Under the pieces are notes generated by a model that was given only the letters and a program-made list of their open reading frames with translations, did not search any database and was not told the DNA's origin. Below, one piece after another: positions 19,737 through 28,652 of a DNA stretch of 64,000 nt; position 1 is the stretch's first letter, and the number at the start of each line of letters is the position of its first letter. This DNA comes from an uncultured Bacteroidota bacterium (GTDB lineage Bacteria; Bacteroidota; Ignavibacteria; UBA10030; UBA6906). The position numbers were made by a program, and so were the translations under genes. The stretch covers positions 416,001 to 480,000 of the forward strand of contig CAVOYH010000004.1 in assembly GCA_963700635.1 (NCBI GenBank), written 5' to 3'.

Positions 19737-21764
19737 CTATTTGAACCTGATCTCAAACTCAGGAATTGCTCCGGAATCCGTGACCCGCACATCTGCCGAC
19801 CTGTCACCGGCGCTGATGCGCACTGTATATCCTGTCGGTTCCTTCTTGATTGTTGCACTCCGTGCTACCCCTTGTACGGGGGAGGGGAGCAGCACGGTCA
19901 CCAGACAGACGTCCTTTGAGGGAATCGTTGTGGCGACATCGGCAAAAGGATACAACTGCGCCTTGTCAGGAGGAATATCCGGCAACGCTGCAGTATACGC
20001 GATGCCGGCATTGGAGGCGGCACGGCCAACGAGGCGGGCATTCGGCCTGCCTACGGTAAATGCATCAGGGGTTGCATTTGTCGTTCCATTGCCATCCGTG
20101 TTGTAGGCGTAGAAACGGGCCTGGATTGTAGAGGGGGTGGTCTTCTTGCTGACCTTGTCGACGACCACCACCGCACGGATATCGGTCAGCGTGATCACGG
20201 TTCGTGTGATGGCCTGGACATCGGGCAGGACGAGTTGATATGCCGGCGTAGCGTCACTTGTCCAGAAGAAGTATCCCTGCCGTTCTCCATGCCGGATAAT
20301 CGACGCCGAAGCCTGCGACGCGTTGGTCCCTTCGCGCCCATCCACATACTGATGCCCCTGGCCATCAATCAGCACAGAGCTATGTCCTCCGGTCAGTCGC
20401 ATTTTCCATGAAGGATCCCGGAAACTGTACGGGGGCCTCATGGGGTCAACGACAAGCCGTTCGCCAAAACACTTTACAATAAGTCCGTTGCGATCTGCAT
20501 GTTCATGATTAAATGCAGGCCCGCTCCGCATGGCGACGACAAGATCATCGGGGAGATATCCGGTACGGCCGACCACCCAGTCAAGATCCGAAATCCAGAG
20601 ACGGGTACCCTGAGGAGGAGGGGTTGACGCAACAGTTGTATCGTAGTACAACACTGACCAGATGTCTTTTGACGTTGCAAGATTCTCGCCGAACCATCGG
20701 GCCAGGCCGTCCCTTGTCTGGCGGGAAATCCAGAAGGAGACAGAGGCATGCCCTCCCGAGCTGGCGTCGCTAAAATTGACGGTGGCATGGAGGTCATCCC
20801 GTGCGGGGAGCGTCATTGCCAGGAGGTAGTCCTGATAACCGCTCCAATTAAGCATGTCCGTGAGGTCCGCGACGCCCCCCCGGTGCAGGGCATCGATGGC
20901 CTGAACGATGTGCAGCGTCGTATAATGGGCATAGGAAACGCCCTCGTCGTAGGACCCATCACGCGCGTAGATGTCGCGGAATGTATTCACGCTATACGTC
21001 GCCTGTTCCAGCCAGCGTCGTGTATCGTCGGTCTCTCCCCAGTACTTCCGATACACGAGGGCGGTAAGCGCAAGTGCGGAGGCGGGAATAGCCTTCAGGT
21101 TGATCGTATTCAGGATGATCGGCCATCGGGCGAGACTGAGTTCCCGGTCCAGCGGGCGGTGGGTGAAGTAGGTGCTGGCGGTATCCATCGTCCACCCCTT
21201 CACACGATCAGGATAACGCATACCATAGGTAGCCCGGAAGCTTGGCTCCGTTCCACGCTCGGCCATCGTTGTGAGCCAGCGTTTTCTCAATTCGAGTGGA
21301 AGACGCTCTCCGAGGGCCTCCACCACAAGTGCAACAGCGATTCCGGAATTCGGCGCGCGTTGCAGCCCGATCATATCTGTACCACCTTCCAGGAAATAAT
21401 CCCACTTCGGGAATTTCATCAGAGATTCGATACATTCCCGGGCCAGATCGGCTGCATCAGCATCCCCTGTATAGAGATACACCAGGGCCATCTGTTGCGC
21501 GAGGTTTCCGATCCGGGCGATATCGTACAACTGGTCATTGTAACGGACCTCGGAGCGTAGAAAATGCCGCTCGCGGACACGGTCCAGCGTGTCCATCTGA
21601 CCCCTCAGCGTAGAGAAAAGCGGATGGCCGGCGTACAATTGCCGGTAACGGGCCACGTTCTGTGGTTCAAAAAAGACACCTCCGTCAGAACCGGCGGCGA
21701 AAACAAATTGTGAACAAAAAAGAAGACCAAGGATGAGTGGAGTGCGTAAAGTTCGTGAGAACAT
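19737..21764 (-). CDS. Exported heparinase II/III-like polysaccharide lyase family protein
   Basis: Signal peptide; DGSYDEGVSYAHY, NFSDA, NHEHADRN, GERLVVDP, HSSVLIDGQGH. Confidence 0.8.
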   Translation of the reverse strand: MFSRTLRTPLILGLLFCSQFVFAAGSDGGVFFEPQNVARYRQLYAGHPLFSTLRGQMDTLDRVRERHFLRSEVRYNDQLYDIARIGNLAQQMALVYLYTGDADAADLARECIESLMKFPKWDYFLEGGTDMIGLQRAPNSGIAVALVVEALGERLPLELRKRWLTTMAERGTEPSFRATYGMRYPDRVKGWTMDTASTYFTHRPLDRELSLARWPIILNTINLKAIPASALALTALVYRKYWGETDDTRRWLEQATYSVNTFRDIYARDGSYDEGVSYAHYTTLHIVQAIDALHRGGVADLTDMLNWSGYQDYLLAMTLPARDDLHATVNFSDASSGGHASVSFWISRQTRDGLARWFGENLATSKDIWSVLYYDTTVASTPPPQGTRLWISDLDWVVGRTGYLPDDLVVAMRSGPAFNHEHADRNGLIVKCFGERLVVDPMRPPYSFRDPSWKMRLTGGHSSVLIDGQGHQYVDGREGTNASQASASIIRHGERQGYFFWTSDATPAYQLVLPDVQAITRTVITLTDIRAVVVVDKVSKKTTPSTIQARFYAYNTDGNGTTNATPDAFTVGRPNARLVGRAASNAGIAYTAALPDIPPDKAQLYPFADVATTIPSKDVCLVTVLLPSPVQGVARSATIKKEPTGYTVRISAGDRSADVRVTDSGAIPEFEIRFK

Positions 21765-22120
21765 GGAGTCTCCGTGCTCGGGTGGGGGAGTCAGGTGGCT
21801 TAGGATATTTGAAACCTATGGAATCATTCATCGAGAATCAATGGAAATTGACATTGTAGAGGTTCATGACGATATTACCCGGTAACATCCTGAACAAGAC
21901 AATCAGAAGGAGAACCACAAACTGGTGCGGTGGATCCTCCACCGTATTGCTTGCAGGTGCACGGATTGTGTATGACGTGTCAGGGACGTTAATGAGTCCG
22001 GGATACGCAGTTATGCCATTTGTCCAGTTTGGGCTGAGAACAGGGCTTTAAGGGTCCTTGCCTCTTATTCCTGAACTCTGTAGGTTAGATTGACATCGTT
22101 CCGTTCTTTCGGGAAATCAT

Positions 22121-23167
22121 ATGGCAGGACGCCACGTTCTCATTGTGATCCCACTGATTCTGCAGGGAGCCGGGAGTTCCACCGGTCTCGCGCAGAATCC
22201 ATCCTCCACGCCGCCGGATTCCTCTGCGGCCCACCAGATTCTGTATGATCCTTTCGGACCGGAGAACGCGCCCGATCATACCGGTCAGGGATCCGGTGGC
22301 TCTGTAATCCCCACCCCTCACGAAAACACCATTCAATCCTCCTTCACGCGGATCAATGCTGATTATTTCGGCATCCAGTATATGCTGGATTCCCCGCTTC
22401 AGATTGCGGTTGGTTCGGGATGGTCTGCGTATGAGACCCACGGATATAGCGTCCAGGGCAGACTTCGAACGACCGGATTCAAAGAATGGACCTTTGAGCC
22501 GCTCAGAGAAGAGAATGTTCCGTACTACCTTCTCTCCACGGAGGTCTCGTTCGAATACCCGTTTCGGGAGCGCGGGTTCAGAGCATACAAGGTGAGGATA
22601 CACTGGATCACCGAAACCATGGGACTGGGAATGCCCGGTATCGGTGTGGTTGTATCCAAAGGAAACCTCATGCTCGCAGGTGACCGTGCGATGGGCCGGA
22701 GAGTTGAATTCGAAGGGACATGGATTCAGGTTGCGGGGGGATACGTGATGCCTCTTTCGCCCAGGAAAGGCGGGGTGAACCTCGCGATCTGCGGGGGTCT
22801 CGATCTGCTGGGAATAAAATACCAGGCCTATTTTACGGACCCCGGAGATTTTCTGGGGGCCAAGATCGGGTCAATCGGATGGATGGCTTCCCTCGGATGG
22901 AATGCAAACACCTTTTTCAACCTTGCAGGCTATCTTGGCGGGGAATATGGTTTTTCCACGGGCGCCCTCATTACCCATTCCAACAAGATTGTCTTCTCGG
23001 ACATCGCTCGGACTTCAGTGTTCCTGGGCCTGCAGGGGACGGGACGCTGGTTTAACGTGGTCGGCGGTATCCAGAAGGAGTGGGAGTATATCGACTTTCA
23101 GAGCACCGAGGTGTCTGACCGGGCGCTACGGTACTACTTCGGAGTGAACGTGTACATCCGGCGATAA
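22121..23167 (+). CDS. Hypothetical exported protein, possible outer-membrane beta-barrel
   Basis: Signal peptide, low-complexity linker, Gly/aromatic alternating strands, ends YYFGVNVYIRR; upstream TTGCCT-17-TAGGTT. Confidence 0.55.
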   Translation: MAGRHVLIVIPLILQGAGSSTGLAQNPSSTPPDSSAAHQILYDPFGPENAPDHTGQGSGGSVIPTPHENTIQSSFTRINADYFGIQYMLDSPLQIAVGSGWSAYETHGYSVQGRLRTTGFKEWTFEPLREENVPYYLLSTEVSFEYPFRERGFRAYKVRIHWITETMGLGMPGIGVVVSKGNLMLAGDRAMGRRVEFEGTWIQVAGGYVMPLSPRKGGVNLAICGGLDLLGIKYQAYFTDPGDFLGAKIGSIGWMASLGWNANTFFNLAGYLGGEYGFSTGALITHSNKIVFSDIARTSVFLGLQGTGRWFNVVGGIQKEWEYIDFQSTEVSDRALRYYFGVNVYIRR

Positions 23168-23180
23168 GGAGAAGCGAGTC

Positions 23181-24983
23181 ATGCGCGGAGTGGCATGGGG
23201 ATGGGTCTGTGCAAGTTTGCTGCTGGGGTCCTGCAGACTGTATGAAGGCGGGGGGACATTCCACGTTGCTCTGGAAGATCCTCCGGCGGTTTCGCTCGGC
23301 GAGCTTTCCCGTTACTATGACGAACGATCTGGCGGACTCATCACGCCGGCTGTCACGGACACAGCGTTGTTTCGCCGCGCGCTCTCTTTCACGTGGGATC
23401 CGTTCAACAGGCGCCGTGTCGTGGCACCATCGGTCTGCGGACACGACGAAGTGCAGAGCCTTTTTGTCTTTGATGAATCCCGGTTTGTTCACGAGTCAGG
23501 GGAGACTGACTTCCTGCGGGCGGTCTACCATGCCTATGCCGGATGGCCGTTTGACCATGCGCGGCAGGCATCCATTCTGCCCTACAGGACGCTTGCCAGT
23601 TGGGGAGGGTTGTTTTTCCCACCGATCAAGGAGCTCACCCATCCGGTTCCATTCTACTATGCTGGATTTGACGCCGGTTTTGATCCGGCGGCAGCAGAGT
23701 CCCCGTATTTTGATCCGGAGTTTCAGCGGTCTCTTGATCTCGAAACCCAGACCGAGCTGACCTATGGGAACACTCTGCGTGCGCTGTACAACGGCCGGGA
23801 GTCATACCCCGAAAAACTGCGGATGGTGTCTTCTGCGCGCAAGTTTCTGTATGTTGCCGTGATGACGATCGTTGCCGATTCCACGGGTCGCGAACTCATC
23901 CGACTGATGGTAAACCGGAAGCGTGCGGGGGTGGATGTACGATTGATCATCGATGACTTTTACACGTTCTCCATCTCCAGCTTCGCCGTCGGCACTCTTG
24001 AACGGGAAGGAATCCCGGTGGCCAGGGTTGCGGACAAGCGGCTGAACCAGATTGACAGGATGTTCCACAACAAATTCTGGATTCGGGACGGCGAAGAGGC
24101 GGTGTTGGGTGGTATGAACGTGCTCGACTACGAAAACACATCCACGGGATTTGATTTTCAGAATCGGGACACGGATCTGCTGGTACGGGGACCGGCCGTG
24201 ACGAGTCTTCTGGACAGCTACATCAAGCTCTGGAAGCGGTATGACAGAGAGGCGAGACCGATAACCCTTGGCGAGTCCACCCTGGCACTTCGGCTCGCGG
24301 AGGAACGTGCAGCCGGAGTTCGCGGGGCGGAACATTATGCCCGTTGGCTGGGGGATCCACGAACGCGGATGAACGGCATCTGTCGCACCGCGGTTCAGGG
24401 CGATGATGCCGATCCGCAGAAGATTGTCACGTTGTTAACGCGCTACGCAGAAAAGGCCAGGCATTCATTCTACTTCTCAACTCCTGGGGTCGAGTGCGAA
24501 CCACAATCCGATTCGCCGGGAGGCATTGATCTGCTGGCCCGGGTCTTGCTCGACAAGATCCGGGAACCTTCATTTCAGGGCGCTGTCGTGACAAACGGTA
24601 TCGATGGAGGATGGGGGGAGTCCACGATATTTCTCCGCACCCGGGTCAAGGATTCCGAGTTGGTGGACGATCCTTTGTGGATTGACATCATGACGCCAAT
24701 CGTTGACGGTGGAGGCAGGGATGTGGCACGGGGTGTTCGCGTGACGATGAAGCCGTTCTTGCGGGTCGGGCTGAGGGTCTACCAGTACATCAACTACATC
24801 CACGCCAAAGAGTTTTATTTCGACAGGCTGCTTTCCGCAGTTGGTAGTTGGAATTTTGACATGTACTCGGCGGATCGGAATCACGAATCCATGATTTTCT
24901 GTCTGGACGATTCTCTCAGGGTGCAGATGGAGAGGCACCTGGTACTGGACATGGTAAATTCCGTGCCGGTCCTTCTAAAATGA
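23181..24983 (+). CDS. Phospholipase D superfamily (cardiolipin synthase-like) predicted lipoprotein
   Basis: Two HKD motifs (HNKFWIRD...GGMN; HAKEFYFD...GSWNFD); lipobox-like LLLGSC; AGGAG SD. Confidence 0.85.
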   Translation: MRGVAWGWVCASLLLGSCRLYEGGGTFHVALEDPPAVSLGELSRYYDERSGGLITPAVTDTALFRRALSFTWDPFNRRRVVAPSVCGHDEVQSLFVFDESRFVHESGETDFLRAVYHAYAGWPFDHARQASILPYRTLASWGGLFFPPIKELTHPVPFYYAGFDAGFDPAAAESPYFDPEFQRSLDLETQTELTYGNTLRALYNGRESYPEKLRMVSSARKFLYVAVMTIVADSTGRELIRLMVNRKRAGVDVRLIIDDFYTFSISSFAVGTLEREGIPVARVADKRLNQIDRMFHNKFWIRDGEEAVLGGMNVLDYENTSTGFDFQNRDTDLLVRGPAVTSLLDSYIKLWKRYDREARPITLGESTLALRLAEERAAGVRGAEHYARWLGDPRTRMNGICRTAVQGDDADPQKIVTLLTRYAEKARHSFYFSTPGVECEPQSDSPGGIDLLARVLLDKIREPSFQGAVVTNGIDGGWGESTIFLRTRVKDSELVDDPLWIDIMTPIVDGGGRDVARGVRVTMKPFLRVGLRVYQYINYIHAKEFYFDRLLSAVGSWNFDMYSADRNHESMIFCLDDSLRVQMERHLVLDMVNSVPVLLK

Positions 24984-24994
24984 AATGCCGCCGC

Positions 24995-25056
24995 TCCCCC
25001 CGGGCGTCATACGATGCCGGTTCTTCCTGAAACGGTCGCATGACGCCTGCGGGGCC
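24995..25056. terminator. Possible bidirectional hairpin between the convergent PLD and pntB genes
   Basis: GGCGTCAT...ATGACGCC arms flanked by C and G runs; no strong U-tract. Confidence 0.35.
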
Positions 25057-25075
25057 CGGAGAGCATCAGCTTCAG

Positions 25076-26485
25076 TCAGTGTAATCCCGAAGCGCCGGAA
25101 AGTTGTTTTACCAGATCGCCGGCGACGGCCTTTGCATCCCCGAAGAGCATGAATGTGCGATTCTGGAAATAGAGTTCATTATCTATTCCTGCAAACCCCG
25201 GGTTCTTGCTCCGCTTGATGGCAAACACCGTGCGCGCCTTATCGGCGTCAATGATGGGCATCCCGTAGATGGGGGTGGATTTGTCGGTTCTTGCAGCGGG
25301 GTTTACCACATCGTTGGCTCCGATCACCAGGGCGACGTCGCATTGTGGCATATCCGAATTGATGTCATCCATCGAAACCTGATCAGCATACGGGATATCC
25401 GCCTCGGCCAGAAGCACGTTCATGTGTCCGGGCATCCTCCCCGCAACGGGATGAATGGCGAATTTTACTGATATCCCCCGTTTGGTCAGCTGGTCGTACA
25501 GCTCGCGGACTCTGTGCTGTGCCTGCGCGACAGCCATTCCGTATCCGGGGATGATGACGACGAGGGATGCCTGATCCAGAATCTGTGCGGCGCCTTCGAT
25601 CGTCTCCTCTTTGTACCTTCTCTCGTCTCCTCCCACCTTTGCAGCTTTCACCTGCCCGAATGCTCCAAAGAGCACGTTGGTAAATGATCTGTTCATGGCG
25701 CGGCACATGATAATGGAAAGAATCAGACCGCTTGATCCATCCAGGGCGCCGGCGATGATGAGGAGTTTGTTGTCGAGCACGAATCCCATGGCCACTGCCG
25801 CGAGGCCTGCGTACGAGTTCAGGATGGAAATCACCGTGGGCATATCCGCTCCGCCGATCGGGATGATCAACAGCACACCGAACATCAGCGCGAGTGTAAT
25901 GATGATGGGGAAGGCGATCGCGGCCCACGGACTGGTCGGATCAAGAACCACCAGCACGCCGAGAGCCACAGCAAGGATCATGAGCCCAATGTTCGAAGCG
26001 TTCTGAAGAGGATAGATGACCGGGCGTTGCGGTATCCACTTGAGTTCCTGGAGTTTGCCTGCCGCCATGAGGCTTCCGGTGAAAGTGAGAAAACCCAGAA
26101 GCACTTCGAGGATGATGGCGGAAGTCCGGAACGGAGTCAACTGGACGGCTCCTTCGCTGAGCCAGAGGTAGAACTTTGCCGTGCCGACAAGTCCGGCCGC
26201 CAGGCCGCCAAATGCGTGGGAGAGTGCAGTTCGTTGAGGAACGGCAGTCAGTGCGACGCGTGAGAGGGGAACACCAACGATAAATCCGGCGATGATCGCA
26301 AGGATGATCCAGACATGATGGATGATGCCGGGTTGTATCCACGTTGCCAGCACCGCGAGCACCATTGCCGCCACACCGGCGCGCACACTTTTTCGCGCGG
26401 TTTTTGGGTCATTCATCCAGTGGAGCGAGAAGACAAAGAGAGCTGACGCCGCCACGTACGCCAACTGTGCCAGTGAGGGGATCAT
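25076..26485 (-). CDS. pntB: NAD(P) transhydrogenase beta subunit
   Basis: GFLTFTGSLMAAGKLQ, IGGADMPTVISILNSYAG, PGYGMAVAQAQH, HPVAGRMPGHMNVLLAEA, GANDVVNP. Confidence 0.97.
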   Translation of the reverse strand: MIPSLAQLAYVAASALFVFSLHWMNDPKTARKSVRAGVAAMVLAVLATWIQPGIIHHVWIILAIIAGFIVGVPLSRVALTAVPQRTALSHAFGGLAAGLVGTAKFYLWLSEGAVQLTPFRTSAIILEVLLGFLTFTGSLMAAGKLQELKWIPQRPVIYPLQNASNIGLMILAVALGVLVVLDPTSPWAAIAFPIIITLALMFGVLLIIPIGGADMPTVISILNSYAGLAAVAMGFVLDNKLLIIAGALDGSSGLILSIIMCRAMNRSFTNVLFGAFGQVKAAKVGGDERRYKEETIEGAAQILDQASLVVIIPGYGMAVAQAQHRVRELYDQLTKRGISVKFAIHPVAGRMPGHMNVLLAEADIPYADQVSMDDINSDMPQCDVALVIGANDVVNPAARTDKSTPIYGMPIIDADKARTVFAIKRSKNPGFAGIDNELYFQNRTFMLFGDAKAVAGDLVKQLSGASGLH

Positions 26486-26946
26486 GGCCGATCCTCCTGG
26501 CGCGTCTGTTTGAACATTTTCAGCATACGATCAGTAATAAGGAATCCGCTGACAATGTTGGTCATGGAGGCAAAAAGCGCGATGGCACCGAGAATACGAT
26601 ATTCCACCGGGTAGTCCGACCCGGTGACAATGATCGATCCTACGACTGCAATCGCTGAAATGGCATTCGTCAGGGACATCAGGGGAGTGTGGAGTAAACG
26701 TGAGACCTTTGCGATCACTCCCATGCCGATAAAGGTTGCAAGGACGAACACAAAGATCATCGACCAGTAGTCGCTCGGGGGTGCAGCATGTGGATCAGCC
26801 TGAACATGTCCCGGAGCCGCCTCAGAATGTGGTGCAGCGGGTACAGCCGCGGGCTGGTCGGGCGTGATTTCCTGCGACAGCGTAGTCGTTTGCACTGCAA
26901 GGACACACAGCAGGACGCCGAGCCCGAAGGTGGCAAGAAGCTTCAT
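26482..26946 (-). CDS. pntA: NAD(P) transhydrogenase alpha subunit part 2 (membrane) with N-terminal signal-like extension
   Basis: LHTPLMSLTNAISAI, NIVSGFLITDRMLKMF; about 60 aa N-terminal extension. Confidence 0.93.
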   Translation of the reverse strand: MKLLATFGLGVLLCVLAVQTTTLSQEITPDQPAAVPAAPHSEAAPGHVQADPHAAPPSDYWSMIFVFVLATFIGMGVIAKVSRLLHTPLMSLTNAISAIAVVGSIIVTGSDYPVEYRILGAIALFASMTNIVSGFLITDRMLKMFKQTRQEDRP

Positions 26947-26977
26947 GGGGAATTCTCCTGAAAAATTTGTAGGACGA

Positions 26978-27005
26978 AATCTACAAATATTGGAGGAATT
27001 GTCAA
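26978..27005 (-). promoter_or_regulatory. Putative sigma70 promoter for pntA2-pntB
   Basis: TTGACA (27005-27000)-16 nt-TAGATT (26983-26978). Confidence 0.55.
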
Positions 27006-27068
27006 AGGCTCATCTTTATTCTTTCTTCTCAGCTTTTCCCTCATTATACTTGACCAATTCGGATCAAC

Positions 27069-28478
27069 ATGTTATTCCGTAACCATCCTGAACGCCGCAT
27101 GACCTCAACCCAAACGGTTACCGAGAGACTGGACAGTCTGTACGAATTTGACCGAGAACCGGTCGCGGATTCGCATCTTTACGGTGCGGGCAAATTCTGG
27201 GGTGTGTATGCCGGGGAGCATATTGCGGGAACCGAGTATATTATCGGGCCGCTGTTTGTGGCGCACGGGGTGACGGTGACCGATTTCTTCGGCGGCCTTC
27301 TGCTCGGCAATCTCCTGGCAGTTCTGAGCTGGGCGTTTATTGTGGCTCCCATCGCCGTCAGGACCCGGCTTACACTCTACTGGCAGCTTCGTAAAATCGC
27401 CGGTCCCGGCCTTACCGCCGCATACAGCCTTGTAAACGCCCTGATGTTCTGTTTTCTCGCCGGCTCCATGATCTCTGTCGCGGCGACAGCAGTCGGCCTT
27501 CCGTTTAATATGGATATGCCCCGGCTTGACGACACACTCCCGAACAGTATTGAGTGGGTCCTTGTTGTTCTTGGCGTCGGATCTGTGGTAACCCTCCTGG
27601 CGATTCTGGGTTTTGAGAAACTTGCCCATTTTGCGAAGATCGCATCTCCGTGGATGGTCCTTGTGTTTGTTGCAGGCGCACTCGCCGTGCTTCCCACTCT
27701 CGGTGTCAGTTCCGTTGATGATTTCTGGCGTGTGGCGAAAGAAAAGATCTGGACCGGAACCCCGTTCCCAGGGATGCATCAGTTTACCTTCTGGCATGTG
27801 ACGTTCTTTGCCTGGTTCTGCAACCTGGCAATGCACATCGGCATGGCGGATATGTCGCTGCTGCGGTTTGCGCGTAAATGGACGTATGGATTCACCAGCG
27901 CGGCCGGGATGTTTCTCGGACATGTCGTCGCCTGGGTGGCATCCGGAATACTTTGTGCCGCTGCCGCAGGCAATGTCGCTCCCGGACCGATCGCGTATCT
28001 TGGTGCGGGTGTTGCCGGAGCGGTTTCTGTCGTGATTGCCGGCTGGACGACAGCCAATCCAACACTGTACCGGGCCGGACTCGCTCTGCAGGTTGCCACT
28101 CCGAATTGGAAACGATGGAAGGTGACTCTCGGTGCTGGATTGCTCACCACCGTCGCAGCCCTGTTCCCTGCTCTGATGATGAAGCTTCTGGATTTTGTTG
28201 CGCTCTACGGGCTTATATTGATGCCGATGGGCGCGGTGATCTTTGCCGACTTCTGGCTCTTCCCGAAACTCCGACTCCGTCCGGCGTATGCCGAGACACG
28301 GCGCCTGCTTGTTTCATGGCCCGCCCTCGCGGCATGGGTTATCTCGCTGGCAGTGTGTTTTGTGTTGCCCGTGGAATTGTACTTCAAGGCGCTTCCGGGT
28401 TGGTTCGTCGCTGTTGTAACCTTTGTCGCCGCGAGTTACGTGCAGCAACGATCCGAAGAGAAAGGAGCAGCACGTTGA
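27069..28478 (+). CDS. NCS1 (purine-cytosine permease-like) family transporter; start may be ATG 27099
   Basis: About 12 TM segments; YEFDREPV, YAGEHIAGTE, NLAMHIG..D, AGWTTANPTLYRAG. Confidence 0.8.
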   Translation: MLFRNHPERRMTSTQTVTERLDSLYEFDREPVADSHLYGAGKFWGVYAGEHIAGTEYIIGPLFVAHGVTVTDFFGGLLLGNLLAVLSWAFIVAPIAVRTRLTLYWQLRKIAGPGLTAAYSLVNALMFCFLAGSMISVAATAVGLPFNMDMPRLDDTLPNSIEWVLVVLGVGSVVTLLAILGFEKLAHFAKIASPWMVLVFVAGALAVLPTLGVSSVDDFWRVAKEKIWTGTPFPGMHQFTFWHVTFFAWFCNLAMHIGMADMSLLRFARKWTYGFTSAAGMFLGHVVAWVASGILCAAAAGNVAPGPIAYLGAGVAGAVSVVIAGWTTANPTLYRAGLALQVATPNWKRWKVTLGAGLLTTVAALFPALMMKLLDFVALYGLILMPMGAVIFADFWLFPKLRLRPAYAETRRLLVSWPALAAWVISLAVCFVLPVELYFKALPGWFVAVVTFVAASYVQQRSEEKGAAR

Positions 28479-28642
28479 AACTCCTGCTAAAAAGTGCTTC
28501 GATGGCCGGACTCGGCCTCACCATCATACCTGCGGTGCTGGTTGCTTCCGGAGGTCTCCGCTGGCAGACTCATGCGGACCTTATGATCGCCGGGATGATC
28601 CTGTGGTTTGTCACCGCGCCCTTCTGGATGAAAAAAGATTGA
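28475..28642 (+). CDS. Small two-TM membrane protein (55 aa)
   Basis: TTG start overlapping the permease stop, AAAGGAG SD; MKLLLKSASMAGLGLTIIPAVLV...LMIAGMILWFVTAPFWMKKD. Confidence 0.75.
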   Translation: MKLLLKSASMAGLGLTIIPAVLVASGGLRWQTHADLMIAGMILWFVTAPFWMKKD

Positions 28643-28652
28643 GAGGGTTTCC

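Noticed and set aside
20748-21560. 270-aa ORF and other long antisense ORFs (3881-4660, 27105-27923, 38772-39581, 48118-48792)
   Set aside because: Each is fully overlapped by a well-supported gene on the opposite strand.
21866-22051. 61-aa ORF in the 355-bp intergenic region
   Set aside because: No recognisable features, and its ATG lies inside a promoter-like TTGACA-17-GATATT element. The region is better explained by divergent promoters, although a small RNA cannot be excluded.
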